A DNA stretch of 64,000 bases from contig CM060732.1 in NCBI GenBank assembly GCA_030704615.1, forward strand, positions 74,524,001 through 74,588,000. Reading direction: 5' to 3'. Shown piece after piece: positions 50,701-63,300 of the stretch (positions are counted from its first letter, which is position 1; every line of letters begins with the position of its first letter). Both the position numbers and the translations under genes were made by a program. The stretch comes from Takakia lepidozioides. Its lineage: Eukaryota > Plantae > Bryophyta. Below the pieces are notes generated by a model. The model was not told the DNA's origin. It ran no database searches and was given only the letters and a program-made list of their open reading frames with translations.

Positions 50701-50934
50701 GACAACTTTGACATGGCTGAGGAGTATGATTTAGCCATGGAGGAGAAAAGACGACGGGGATCTCCTATACCACAGTATCCTTCTCAAACTAAACCAGGGC
50801 CACCAGTTCCAGCTAGTCGACACTCATCTCCCCCAACCAGCGACAGGGCTCGGGCTCGCACACAGAACCCTCCAAGGGACTCTCACCAACAGAAGGGTGC
50901 TTGCTCACAAAGGTTTGCTGATCCTAAACAGTAA
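47770..50934 (+). pseudogene. Large sense-strand 3' accessory ORF (about 1,050 codons visible; acidic linker, coiled coil, Trp/His-rich domain)
   Basis: ORFs 47617-48930, 48957-49610, 49555-49764, 49768-50076 and 50266-50934 tile the interval and end 38 bp before the LTR. No gag, PR, RT, RH or IN motifs. Confidence 0.75.
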
Positions 50935-51959
50935 ACCGTGAGGACGCGGCTTTTTGAGAGGGGGAGGGGTAATGTTGAGGGCTGTCTGGGACTTGGACAG
51001 TTTTACGGGTTCTGTGGGGTACCCTTAATTTTTGGCGCAGACTTGCGGATAGTAGACGTAGACCAAAATAGGCTTTAGGGGTGGTAGACAGGCTTACACA
51101 CTCAGTCACAACATTACACAGTCGTACACAGCCTTACACAGCCTATCACAGTCTATCGTAGCCCGACACAGCCCGATACAGTCAACCACAGTCTGACACA
51201 GCTTCGCACAGTTTCACACAGCCAGTCACAGCTGGCACAGTTCCACACAGCCAGTCACAGCTCGACACAGTCACAGACCGGCACAGTTTGGCACAGCCTG
51301 TCACAGAGTACATAGGGAACGGTTATCATTGGTAGGGAACGACTGTGTGGGAACGACATCTGCAGAGGGAACGTGCTTATTTCTTGGATGACAGTTAGTT
51401 AGTTAGGCGGTTAGAACAGCTTGCAGATAAATTAGGCAGAGCAGCAACATGGAGGACACTTCTTCTTTGGAGAGCACTTCGGGCATCACGTCTTGGACAT
51501 CAGGGGAGGAGATGAAGTGGAGAGCACGATCTTGGAGCACAGGGATGGAGATTACACATACAATGAGATGATGCTTGATTCATGCAAGTTGTAGAGTTAG
51601 ACTGTAGAGCGGATTAGTGACACCATGGCTACGGCCTGTTACTTGATATAGTTTAATCTGATACATATTCCACACTCACACTGTGTAGAGAGACCTGAGG
51701 GAACCTGTGGAATAAATGGAAGAGTGATTGGAATCTGGTGGATTGCTAAAGCGAACTAATACTTAAATATAAACAGTAAGGTAACTTATTGACATGAGGA
51801 CAAGAAGGAATACCAACAGGAATCACTTCCATGATACACTAGTTGTAGGTCATGACTGATTGTTCTGAGCGGACTGAGTGCTTAGAGGTATCCAACTCTT
51901 CTATCTTGGAGTTTCCACCTCGGATAGCGAAGGGATGGATGAGTAAAAGCCGCTCGACA
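47770..51959 (+). mobile_element. 3' half of a Gypsy family A element: long extra ORF, PPT, 3' LTR
   Basis: Purine tract at 50956-50969, then LTR 50973-51959 (TG..CA, 987 bp) homologous to 8242-9163. The left boundary is approximate, at the switch from AT-rich DNA. Confidence 0.88.
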
Positions 51960-52569
51960 TACTCAAAGCTTGGTCCTCCTCCGGCACTCCCACTCGTCCT
52001 CAAGTCTCTCACTTCATGGAGCGCTTCCTCTACTTCTTGCCTCAAATGGCCACAAGGCCTTGAGCTAGGACTATCCTGCTTTCAATATGCTTGCTTCTAA
52101 TACTAGAGAGCCATAAGCTCAACTCTCTAGGAACTAGCTCCCTCAAGCTCAAAACTAACTACACAAGCAAGAGGCCAAAACAAGGAAATGAGACTAGATT
52201 GAAGAACAAGAGGAGCCTGCTCTTCTTTTATTGTGTTTTGGGGCCTCTTAAACTAGTGAAGGATAGTCTTGAACTATTATTTCCTACATGAATCTATAAT
52301 TTAAAAACGATAGAACACCATAGAATAATAACCACGGATGGAAAACCTTGGTGTTAATGATAAATCTGGTTTTTCATCTATCCAATGGATGACCAGTTGG
52401 CGCTAGGTTGTCTTTTCATCCCTCCAGCTTGCAGGTCGAATTTCTAGATTTCGTCCATTGGATGAACTAGAATTCCATTTAATCGCTTTTCGCAACTGCC
52501 TCCGGCGTGATAATTTGACGCCGTCTCATATCACCTCCAAAAATCCTCAAACTTGGTGACAAATTATAA

Positions 52570-53000
52570 TTAGATGGTCCGTAGCTGTCCACAAAATCTC
52601 AAGGGAATCGGGGAAGAAAAACCACACCTTTGGTTGGTTTCCATGGTTTCGCCATACATGCAGTCTACCGCTTCCTGGCAGTAAAAATACTGGTGGTGCC
52701 CCCAGGGGGTCTTTGGCCCTACCACTGGGTCACAGATCATCTCGAGTTTCCTCCTACACACTTTGCATCGCTGAGGAGTTCAAGACTTCGCCGGGAAGCT
52801 TCTTCACCTGTCGTTTGCTCCGATGCAGCATTTGCTTTGTCGCGATATTTCATCGCTGTACAGATTGTTTCATCCAATTGCCAAGACTCCTCGCCACGTG
52901 CTCTTACTGGACTTGAAAGGCGGGAGAATAGAGAGATCGCAATCCGGGACTGGAACAGTCGCCATGTATTGTTTCGAACATGTGCATGTTGTCGTTACTG
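52570..53000 (-). pseudogene. Decayed fragment resembling the Cys-rich domain of the TGAGC-family transposase
   Basis: C..C..GP..HQYFYCQEAVDCMYG..P.P parallels C..C..AP.F.G..KFWFCADDCGRCVHG..P.PP. Multiple stops. Confidence 0.4.
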
Positions 53001-55786
53001 GTATCGAATTGGCAGCCTAACTCGCTGTCGATGCAGCTCCCTACGGTCATTTTGACGCCAGAACTCCTCCATAATCGTCTCAGACATAATCTAAATTCCT
53101 ACGTGCTTTACCAGCGATTCCCATATAACTCACAAACTGCCCTGCTTTGGCAGTACAATGCCTAAACTGTCTAAGATAAAAAACGATCTGAAAAGAAATA
53201 TGTACCAATATATGCATCTACATATATGGCGACCAATGGGGAACACTCGCCCCGAGTGTAAAAGAACTCAGAATCTCTGGTTCGCACAATCCCCCTACTT
53301 GGGTATCACTGATATCCCTTGGAGTCAACGACTCTCTTAAGTGACATGAAAAAGATGAAGAGTAATTTCCCTTCGGCTCTCCCTCTTCGGAGACAGTTCA
53401 AGTCTTCCTGGAGAGAGGAGGGAAAAATAAAAGAAAAAACCAAAAAATACTTCAAAACCACCCGACTCGCCCTCTTCGGAGAGAGTTGGAGTTCCCAGAT
53501 AAAAAAATACTTCAAAACCGCCATTCTCCCCCACTGGACTGGGTTCGAAGCCCCTAGATGATGCAAGAGAGATATGCGCGGTGCAATTTAATAATCTTAT
53601 TCTAACACAGCCTTGGAATGACTTTGGTTCTAAATGTTAGGGCCTCGACTCGAGCTCGGACGGGCCTAAATGCCCCTAAACAGGAAGCATCTGGGAGGGC
53701 TAAAGAGCAGCTCCCATGTCAACGGAAAAGATTGGATACATTCTGAACCTCAGAGGACCACACTCTGGTAATTATCTTCATGACTCGCAGGATCGCAGAG
53801 TTCATGGTAAGACATCTAAACAGATTGGATACTTTCTGAACCTCAGAAGACCACACTCTGGTAATAGACGGACCAACATATGCTAATCCTAACGCTAAAA
53901 AGGTCACAGGCCCTTCTGGGATTTCCTGTGCTGAACATCCTTCACTCATGTGAGGGGAGCAGCAACCACTGTTCTAAAACTCACATTTTATCCCCTCACT
54001 GCTTCTGACTTTTCTCTCTCTTCGAGGAATGCTGCAGCGGGGCAAGGTGAAAATGACAAAAGGTTTAAGGTTAGAATCCCCGTGCGGGAAGTCGATGTGC
54101 CCCATGCAGGGAGCATCAGTATACTGGGGAGTGCTTGATGCAGCAAACACTTACTTGATATGCTGTCGCGCACCTCACTTCGGTAAGCTCCCCTTCAAGT
54201 CATAGTAACTCGTTTTGATGCGCGCGTCTGACTCCCAACCTGGCCGCCAGGCCAACTTGGAGCTTCGGCTGCTCACCGGGACATAACGGTCCCCCTTCGC
54301 TCCCCCGAAAGACCCTCCACCTATTTGGGCCTAGTGGAATTCCCTTTGGTAGATGGCAGTCCGGAACAGCTCTCCACTTTTTGGTCGCTTTCCGGCTCGC
54401 TCACTTACTCACTAGTTTTTGGTCACCAACGGGCTTGCACCGTTCTCGGGGTTACTACTCCCTATATATACTTTTGTAGCTGTCCGCGGGGGTTCCACAA
54501 ACAGCCATGCCATTTTATGGTGAACCACCACGAAGACCCTCGATTCCCGGTGGTGAGTCGCGGTGAGTCTTGGTCCACTCACCACGGCCCCAATGGACTG
54601 TGATGAGTCCCAAGACTCCCCACGACTCCCCCCTCGAGGTCTCCACCCCATGGTGAGTCCTATGCCACCCCCACTAAGTCCCGCTAAGCTACCACCATCC
54701 CTTGTGAAGCCACCCCCACCGCAACCCGGTGTGCGGGGCTCCACCTAGTGAGCGCCTTCGCCTCCTTGAGTGCCTTGGGCACTCAAGGGTGCTTCAGCCC
54801 CCGTACCTATCGCTGCTACTGCCCCCACCATAGGGGCAGCCCCTCCTGTGTCCCGACCCCCTGTCCTCAAGGCAAAGGGCCGCGACACACACCCCTACCA
54901 ACAGGGAGTCGATGTCCTCATCGACTTGTCCATTTTGTAGAAACGAACATCCAAGTTGTGGCGTCCCACATCAAGGAGTTTGTTTCCGCACCATGGCGTC
55001 CCATGGCAAAGAACCAAACCCCACACTTGACTCTACTCTCCACTAGCTAGTTCGGCCGACTTCCTCCAAGTCCCGGCCAAGGGTGGAGCTTCTCAAGCTC
55101 CTCCCAGTGCACTCTTCTTGGCTTACTTCAAGGCCAAGGAACGATCCTCCTCGAGGATCGAATCGCCTTACTGCAATAACATTGCTTGCGACCGCTCATG
55201 ATGCCGCTTTTGGCATCACCTTGAGCAAGGGTTCACCTCGAACCCCCTTTGACTAGGAAGATAACCTTGAACGAACCGTGCGCCCCAATCACTACAATTG
55301 GGTCCGCCTTGGAATGCTGGCCTGAGGTACGGGAACACGCCGAAGCCGCACTACGACTTCGTCCCGAGGCTACACGATTATAGTACGTGAATGGAAGCAC
55401 GTAGCTTCCGCGTTAGCCCGCACTACAAGGCAACCCCCTCGGTAGCGCAGTTATAGTACGCGCACGCGCCAGGTGCGCACTAGCACGTGAACTCCCAAAG
55501 AAGGCGCAAGTTTCCTTGCCCCTTGGATGGGAGTCACCCGATTTCGGCACTGCGCAAACACACAATTAACCCAATTTACCTCTCCCACTTTTGTAAGCTA
55601 GCATGCATTCTAGCCAACCACACCATGTATCACCATTCCAAACAAAATAGAACGCACAACGTTTGGAACCCATTTCCTTTATAACAAATATTTGTACAAT
55701 ACAAGTTTTTGCAATCGGATTCCTGCGCTAGCTAAGCCGGGCTAAGCATGCATTTCCTCCCCCACGCTCCAAGGTTGATGTCCCCA

Positions 55787-57565
55787 TCAACGCTTCTTCC
55801 GCTTTTGAGGTCGCCCTTCGAAAACTGCAACCGCCTCGGATGCGTTTCCCATTTCTGAGGCACGCACCCAAGATGCCTCCACATGATGATAGCCCTTCCA
55901 TTTGACGAGATACTCCGTTTCTCGGTTCTTGAACCTCCTCGACTTAAGTACTGCCTCCACCTCGTACTCAGGTTTATTTTCATGATCCAACAGCACAGGT
56001 GGCAGACGCAACACTTGATGCCGATTCGGACGTGCTTCATCTTTGAAGTAAGGCTTCAAAAGGGAGACGTGGAATACCGGATGCACCTTGCTGTTTGCCG
56101 GCAGCTCCAATTCATACACATCTTCATTCATAACCTTCCGGATGCGAAAAGGACCCGCAAACGGAGGTACGAACTTTGGACTCACTTCCGGAGGTAGTCG
56201 GAAATTCTTAATGTTCAACGAGACCTCCGTGCCTACCTCAAACTTCACTTCCCTCCGCTTCCGATTCGCCTGCCTTTCATACCGTTTCCTAGCTTTGGCA
56301 ATGTTGTACTTTGCGAGCTTCAACAAACGCTCTCGTTCTTCCATTACCGCCGCTACTACCGGTTCCTCAACGTCCTGGGCGGCCCAACTTGTCGGCACCA
56401 GAGGTGCTTACTGAACCTATCCACCACCACCATGATTGCATCGAATCCTTTTGACAGCGGCATAGCAGTCATGAAAACCATCGAGACGCTTTCCCAAGTC
56501 CCCTCTGGAATCGGCAAGGGTTGTAACAGCCCCGCTTGTTTTTTGTACTCGCTCGCGCTTGGCTCCGCCGTGGCCCGCAAGCGGGCTATCATGGCATTCT
56601 CTCAAGAGACTATCCCTGATCCCTCCCTTCGGCACGTAGAGACGCTTTTGCTTATACCGGAGCACTCCATTTTGCAAGTGGAACTGCGATTTAACCCCCA
56701 TCCTCAAGTCTTGCATCACGGACTTCGCCAACTCATCCTTCCGGCAAGCCTTCCGGATCTTCCTTTGGAGCGCCGTCTCGCCCCTATGCACCAACATGAG
56801 CTACTGCTTTCTACTTAAAGCATCGGCCACCACATTGTCCCGTCCCGGTTTGTACTAGATATCCACGTCGAACACCGCCAAAGTATCTTGCCACCTAAGT
56901 TGTTTTGGGGACAACTTGGGCTGCGTGGCAAAATACTTCACCGTGACATTGTCCGTGAACACCTTCACTGGGTTGGAACCAACATAGTGGCGCCAAAGCT
57001 CAAGGCAATGCACCACTACCTTCATCTCTTTTTCGTGCATCGGCCACCGTCGCTCCACTTCATTCAGTTTCTTACTTTCATAAGCCACTGGACGTTCATC
57101 TTGCATAAGTACACCACCAATCGCGAAGTCCGATGCATCTGTATGAATCTCAAACGGACGATCGAACTCGGGGATTTTCAAGACTGGAGCTTCCGCCATC
57201 CGCTGCTTCAATTCAGCAAAAGCTTGGCCACAAAAAGTATTCCATGCCCAGACTTTGGATTTACACAGAAGGTAGGACAGCGACCCCGCGATCTTGGCGA
57301 AATTTCTCACATACTTCCGGTAATAGGAGGCGAGTCCTAGGAAGGATCGCACTCCCAGGACCGAAGTCGGAGGCTCCCAGTCCAAGATCGCCCTCACCTT
57401 TCTGTCATCCATTTTGATCCCATCCTGTGTAATCACATGCCCCAAGAACTCCACTTTCGTGACCCCGAATTTGCACTTTGAAGCTTTGGCGTACAGCTTC
57501 CCTTCCTGCAATTTTCGGAACACCCTTTTGAGGTGCTCCAGGTGCTCTTCCTTTGTTTTGCCGCC
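55787..57565 (-). pseudogene. pol: Chromovirus pol remnant: RT C-terminus, RNase H, partial integrase, chromodomain
   Basis: [88 protein letters not shown], and chromodomain EYEVEAVL..YLVKWKGY..SW. Confidence 0.93.
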
Positions 57566-57589
57566 TTGACGTGTGAAGGCCCTCCCTTC

Positions 57590-58503
57590 GATTTCCACGT
57601 GCCATTATCGCCGCGTGGCCTATCCCACTTCTTTTCCGGTCGGAAAGAGTCACCTTCCCGCCGGGCCTTCTTGTGGTTCAGCTCCGTACGGCCTTGTCTT
57701 TCACCCCTAGGGACATCCGAGAAACATTCCGCCCTCTCAATTGCCTCGTTCAAAGTCTTAGGCGGCTTCTCCTCCAACTTCCGCCTGGCCCACGGGGCCA
57801 GTCCCGCCACAAAGTTGAAGACCATTTCTGGTTCTGCCATGTCCGCGACTTCGAGCAGCAGCACATTGAAAGCCTGAACATAACCCCGAATGTCATCCGT
57901 TTGCTTCAAATTCCTCATCTTGTCCCGGGCAAGCCAGGACGCGTTGAGGGGCACAAACTGTCTCTTCATCAATTCCTTGAACCCACTCCAGTTCAAGGTT
58001 TCCGGGCTCGGACCTTGGTCGTGAAGGCGTTTCTGCCACCATTGTTGAGCATAGCCCCTCAAATAGGTGGGAGCCACTTCCACCCGATCCTCGTCACTCA
58101 ACTTGGCCGCCCGGAAGTACTGCTCTAGCTCCAGGAGCCAGGTGTTGAGTGCCTTCCGATTTCGGACGCCCTCGAAGGTACCGGGTTCCTTAGGCTTCAC
58201 CTTAAACTTTGCCTTAGTGGAAGTGGCATTAGCCGCCTTCAATACGTCTTTCAACGTCCCGCCAAACTGCGCCAACAACCCTTCCCAAAAGGCTGCCGGC
58301 ATGGGAGGCATCTCTTGGTTTGTCGGAGCTCTCAAGGATTCCTCGGGCTCCGACTCCTCGGATTCCTCCCGCTCTTGAGCGGCCTCGTTTTCGGAAACAT
58401 GCATCGCTTCCTCAAACGGCCGCCTCGGTGACACGTCGCCCCCATCTGGCTCACCAGGATCATCATCTTTTGGGCGCTTCCGCTTCCGCTTGCCCGACCC
58501 CAT
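57590..58503 (-). pseudogene. gag: Chromovirus gag
   Basis: KVKPKEPGTFEGVRNRKALNTWLLELEQYF..YLRGYAQQWW..W..FK..QF.P..ARDKMRNLKQTDDIRGYVQAF. Confidence 0.9.
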
Positions 58504-59947
58504 GATGAGGCCAATCCCAATGACGATCGCGTATTGAACTCTAAGCTCTGATACCAAGTGTCGCGCACCTCACTTCGGTAAGCTCCCCTTCAAGTCATAG
58601 TAACTCGCTGTGATGCGCGCGCCTGACTCCCAACCTAGCCGCCGGGCCAACTTGGAGCTTCGGCTGCTCACCGGGACATAACGGTCCCCCTTCGCTCCCC
58701 CAAAAGACCCTCCACCTATTTGGGCCTAGTGGAATTCCCTTTGGTAGATGGCAGTCTGGAACAGCTCCCCACTCTTTGGTCGCTTTCCGGCTCGCTCGCT
58801 TACTCACTAGTTTTTGGTCACCAACGGGCTTGCACCGTTCTCGGGGTTAATACTCCCTATATATACTTCTGTAGCTGTCCGCGGGGGTTCCACAAACAGC
58901 CATGCCATTTTATGGTGAACCACCACGAAGACCCTCGATTCCCGGTGGTGAGTCGCGGTGAGTCTTGGCCCACTCACCGCGGCCCCAATGGACCGTGATG
59001 AGTCCCAAGACTCCCCACAACTCCCACCTCGAGGTCTCCACCCCATGGTGAATCCTATGCCACCCCCACTAAGTCCCGCTAAGCTACCACCACCCCTTGT
59101 GGAGCCACCCCCACCGCAACCCGGTGTGCGGGGCTCCACCTAGTGAGCGCCTCCGCCTCCTTGAGTGCCTTGGGCACTCAAGGGTGCTTCAGCCCCCGTA
59201 CCTATCGCTGCTACTGCCCCCACCACAGGGGCAGCCCCTCCTGTGTCCCGACCCCCTGTCCTCAAGGCAAAGGGCCGCGACATATGCTTTGAGCAAACAC
59301 ATATATATACTGTGATAAAAGACAAGTAATGATCGACAGTGTGCTTTGAACAAGAGTGCATATATTAGCCATCCCATTGTTCCCATTCCTGCACCTGTGG
59401 TTCTTCACTCGGTGAAGAAAAAAAATAAAGAAACTCACAACACGTGATTAGTAACGAAGATGTATGAAGTCTTCTACATTGGCAATTGGATGGTCATAGC
59501 TTTCATAGCTTATGCCATATCAACAAATTTCTAATTCTACAACGTGTGTTAGATTACTGCACTCTATGTGCCCCGCATCCCAAGGTCTTTCCTTGTGAAT
59601 TCCAATAACTACCCAAAACATAAGTGGAGAACAAATCACCTCTTTACTGCAACGACGTTGCCTCACATCCCAAGGTCTACCTTTGGAACTCCAATAAAGG
59701 GTGTACAACAACCTAACGGGTAAGAGTCCTATTGATCTCTTCCCAGTGGAGTGAAGTAGAGTTGTTAAGCTTTGCTTTGCCGGTAGGAAGTTAGACTATT
59801 TAGATCCGTCCATAGCTGCCACGGACCCCTGCACTTACGGCAGCCGGGTAGGCGGTTCGTTGAGCCCAACCTACACCGCACTTGCCACGACCCCCTAGGC
59901 TAGTATGCCGTCACCCTGGCCGCGCGCGACCAAGGCTCGTCATATTT

Positions 59948-59965
59948 TGGTGCGTCTGCCGGGAG
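59948..59965 (+). promoter_or_regulatory. Primer-binding site complementary to tRNA-Gly(TCC)
   Basis: TGGTGCGTCTGCCGGGAG is the reverse complement of the plant tRNA-Gly(TCC) 3' end ..CTCCCGGCAGACGCA-CCA as I recall it. It lies 5 nt after the LTR's CA. Confidence 0.8.
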
Positions 59966-60302
59966 GTGAGTAAATAGTCAGGATGTCCCGATGTTTGAAT
60001 GGATGAATGATCGCTATTTGTGCTCATCTTTGTTTTTGCTTATGTTTTTCACATGATCTTGTTTCGTTTTTTCTAGTTGCCACACACTAGTGAGGATGGA
60101 TACCCCAGTGTAGTAGGCATTGTTTAAATTTCTTGTGAGTACTAACGTTGTGGCTACAGTTGAGATCGATATGGCATGCCTAAATACGCTACGACGATAA
60201 GGTGTGAGAATCTCAAACTTTATTTTTAGCCAATCTTGAGCGCTATTTATTTTGTCCATTGTGGCAATACTTTAATCTGGTAAGCCAGATTTTCTTCGCA
60301 TC

Positions 60303-63300
60303 ATGGGTAATGGTGGGAAAAATAGTGGATGGATTACCCAACATTGCATGTGGTTTATTTGCATTTGTATGCGCACGTTATGGAAGACTGTTAGGTCAAC
60401 CTTGATAGGGACTACTTGGGAGATACCAGATCAGGAGTTCGAAGACATTATAAGGATAGAGAAAGAAGGGTGGGTTGAGAACCTGGATGAACCAGTCATT
60501 GAAGAGATCCCACTTATTAGTTCTAACTCCGATTTGTCTTCAGGCACAACACCATTAGTGCTATCTCAACCAATTTTACTTACAGTTGTGGAGGTACCCA
60601 TTGTGGTACCTATTGGTTTGAGTCCTTTACAAATTCCTGCTAGTTTATCTTATTTTTCTGGAGAGGCTTATGAAAACCCCGGAAATCATGTTCAAGGGTT
60701 TATTCAAATTTGTTATTCTAACCAAGCACTTGATAATGCTTATTAGCTTATTTGGTTTCCCAGTACATTAAGGGGCAAGGCGTTGACCTGGTATTGGCAA
60801 CAGCCCAATGGATGTTTTTGTTACTTGGGACCAGATCCGGAATGCCTTCTTGAGTCAATTCCGTGGAGTACACCAATTCACTAATATTCTGATGGCACTA
60901 GCGCGGATCCGCCAAGGCCCTACAGAGGAGGTAGCAGACTTCGTGATGAGATTCCGCGAGTTTATGGGGCTCCAAAATCCTTTGACACCCTTAAACGATG
61001 GGGTGCTCAAAGATTGTTTTTTGAGTGGTTTACGAGAGGCTACTCACTTTTATGTTTCGCAGCAAAGGCCTGCAACACTAGCAGACGTTGTTAATGCAGG
61101 GAAGGAGTTTGACAACATCCACAAGCAAGTGCAACGAGCTAAGAGGTCGGAGCTTTCATTACCTCCATACATCAGAGCCCGCCACTAAGCCGGTTCCACT
61201 AGCGGCCATTCAGCCAGCTTTACATTATACGGCCTCGTATGTCGGGGGAGCGAGGCCATATGTTCCAGCAATGGCTACAGGACCAGTTGCGGCCTCTTCA
61301 GTACCACAATATGCTCGTGCAGTTCCCACCAACTCACATGCGGATTCAACTGGACAATCCGATTCGCGGGTGGGCCATCTAGAGGCACAAGTCACTTCTC
61401 TCATCAAGACCATTGAAACAATGGGCGACCGCATGAGCTCAATCGGTCAGCAGATTACCAGCTATATGGGGTACCGAGATGCGGCCCCAGTTGGAGAGTC
61501 CGGCCCCAACCCGGCCAAAATATGGTGTTCCAATTGCAACAACTCGCGACATGCGTCTCAACACTGTCCTTATCCCATTCGGGAAAGGCAGGTAAGCCGG
61601 AACCCAACTTATCAAGATAAACCAAAAAGACAATTCAATCAATCCCGTAGAGGATGTCAAAAGTGCGGAAGAACCACTCACCCAACTGAAAATTGTTGGA
61701 GTGACATTGTGTGTTTGCACTGTGGCCAATGAGGTCACCCCTTGGACAAATGTCCTCATAGACAAGTGGACCAGCCTACGCCGGCCACCATTCAACAAGT
61801 AGAGAGGAATTTGGAAGGGCAGCGTGTTGCGGCCCTTTGCCTTGAGGGCAGGGGGTCGGGACACATGAGGGGCTGCCCCTATGGTGGGGGCAGCGGCAGC
61901 GATAGGTATGGGGGGCTGAAGCACCCTTGAGTGCCCAAGGCACTCAAGGAGGCGGAGGCGCTCACTAGGTGGAGCCCCGCACACCGGGTTGCGGTGGGGG
62001 TGGCTCCACAAGGGGTGGTGGTAGCTTAGTGGGACTTAGTGGGGGTGGCATAGGACTCACCATGGGGGCGGAGACCTCGTGGTGGAAGTCGTGGGGAGTC
62101 TTGGGACTCATCACGGTCCATAGGGGCCGTGGTGAGTGGGCCAAGACTCACCGCGACTCATCACCGGGAGTCGAGGGTTTTCGTGGTGGTTCGCCATAAA
62201 ATGGCATGGCTAGTTGTGAAACCCCCGCGGACAGCTACAGAAGTATATATAAGGGGAGTAGTGACCCCGAGAACGGTGCAAGCCCGTTGGTGACCAAAAA
62301 CTAGTGAGTAAGCGAGCGAGCCGGAAAGCGACCAAAGAGTGGGGAGCTGTTCCGGACTGCCATCTACCAAAGGGAATTCCACTAGGCCCAAATAGGTGGA
62401 GGGTTTAGTGGGAAGCGAAGGGGGGGACCGTTATGTCCCGGTGAGCAGCCGAAGCTCCAAGTTGGCGCGGCGGCCAGGTTGGGAGTCAGGCGCGCGCATC
62501 AAAGCGAGTAACTATGACTTGAAGGGGAGCTTACCGAAGTGAGGTGCGCGACACAGCGAGCACCCTTCCCGGATCAGTATACCACTGAACCACCCAACCC
62601 TCTACCACAACAGCATAGCATGTATTTTGCTACTCCCACGCAGATAGCGCAACGGCCTAGAACAGATAAGGCAGGCCCATCATATTCTGGGGGCAATGCA
62701 GCTATGGGACAGAATTCCCGAGCAACCTATTCAAATCCTGCGGCTCAGATTGCCCAGGGTTCTTCTAATATGTGGTCTCCCCCTCAGGATGTAAGGGTGC
62801 AGGGAGGGCAGCAGGCATCCACTTCAGCGCCATCCCAGCAGCAGGCCAGTATGCATCCCGGTCAATCGTCCCGTCAATAGGAGACGCAGCACCAAGTCAA
62901 TTGGATTTCCAGTGAGCTCGACGCCACTCAAACTACGCAGGCTAAACCAGAGGAAGGTAGCTATGCAGTAACGACCCAACAACAACGAGATACGCTAGGG
63001 AAAGGCCATGGGTATGTGGCGTCGGAGTCAGCCACATCGGCATCAGAACAAGAAGATCTGAACTTTAAAGTCATGAAGTCAGACGCACAGAAGGTGGCGG
63101 AAACTGTACTCAGGGAGGAAGAGGATACCCATCCCAAGGAGAAGCAGGTAGCATTTGCAGAGACCGAATCTTCGGCAGTCCGGCCAACCATTTCTCGGCC
63201 ACTTTTGACATCCAGAACAAAGAGACCGGCCAATCGACCAATAGCACCAGCGAAGCTTCCCAAAAGGAGAACACAATCCACTATGCGCTTCACCGATGAG

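Larger units (their letters stand above)
54164..59282 (-). mobile_element. Chromovirus (Galadriel-like) Gypsy element with both LTRs and internal deletions
   Basis: LTRs 54164-54887 and 58559-59282 (724 bp each, TG..CA, about 22 mismatches by hand). TSD TATGC at 54159-54163 and 59283-59287. PBS TGGTATCAGAGC (tRNA-iMet) at 58545-58556 and PPT at about 54888-54899. Confidence 0.96.

Noticed and set aside
53221-53246. TGGCGACCAATGGGGAAC as a second Arg-like PBS
   Set aside because: No matching LTR is recognisable upstream and no gag follows. It is tentatively used as the LTR start of family C, and this remains ambiguous.
54325-55050. Short ORFs repeated at 54.3-55.0, 58.7-59.3 and 61.9-62.4 kb
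   Set aside because: They lie within LTR copies and recur only because the LTR does.
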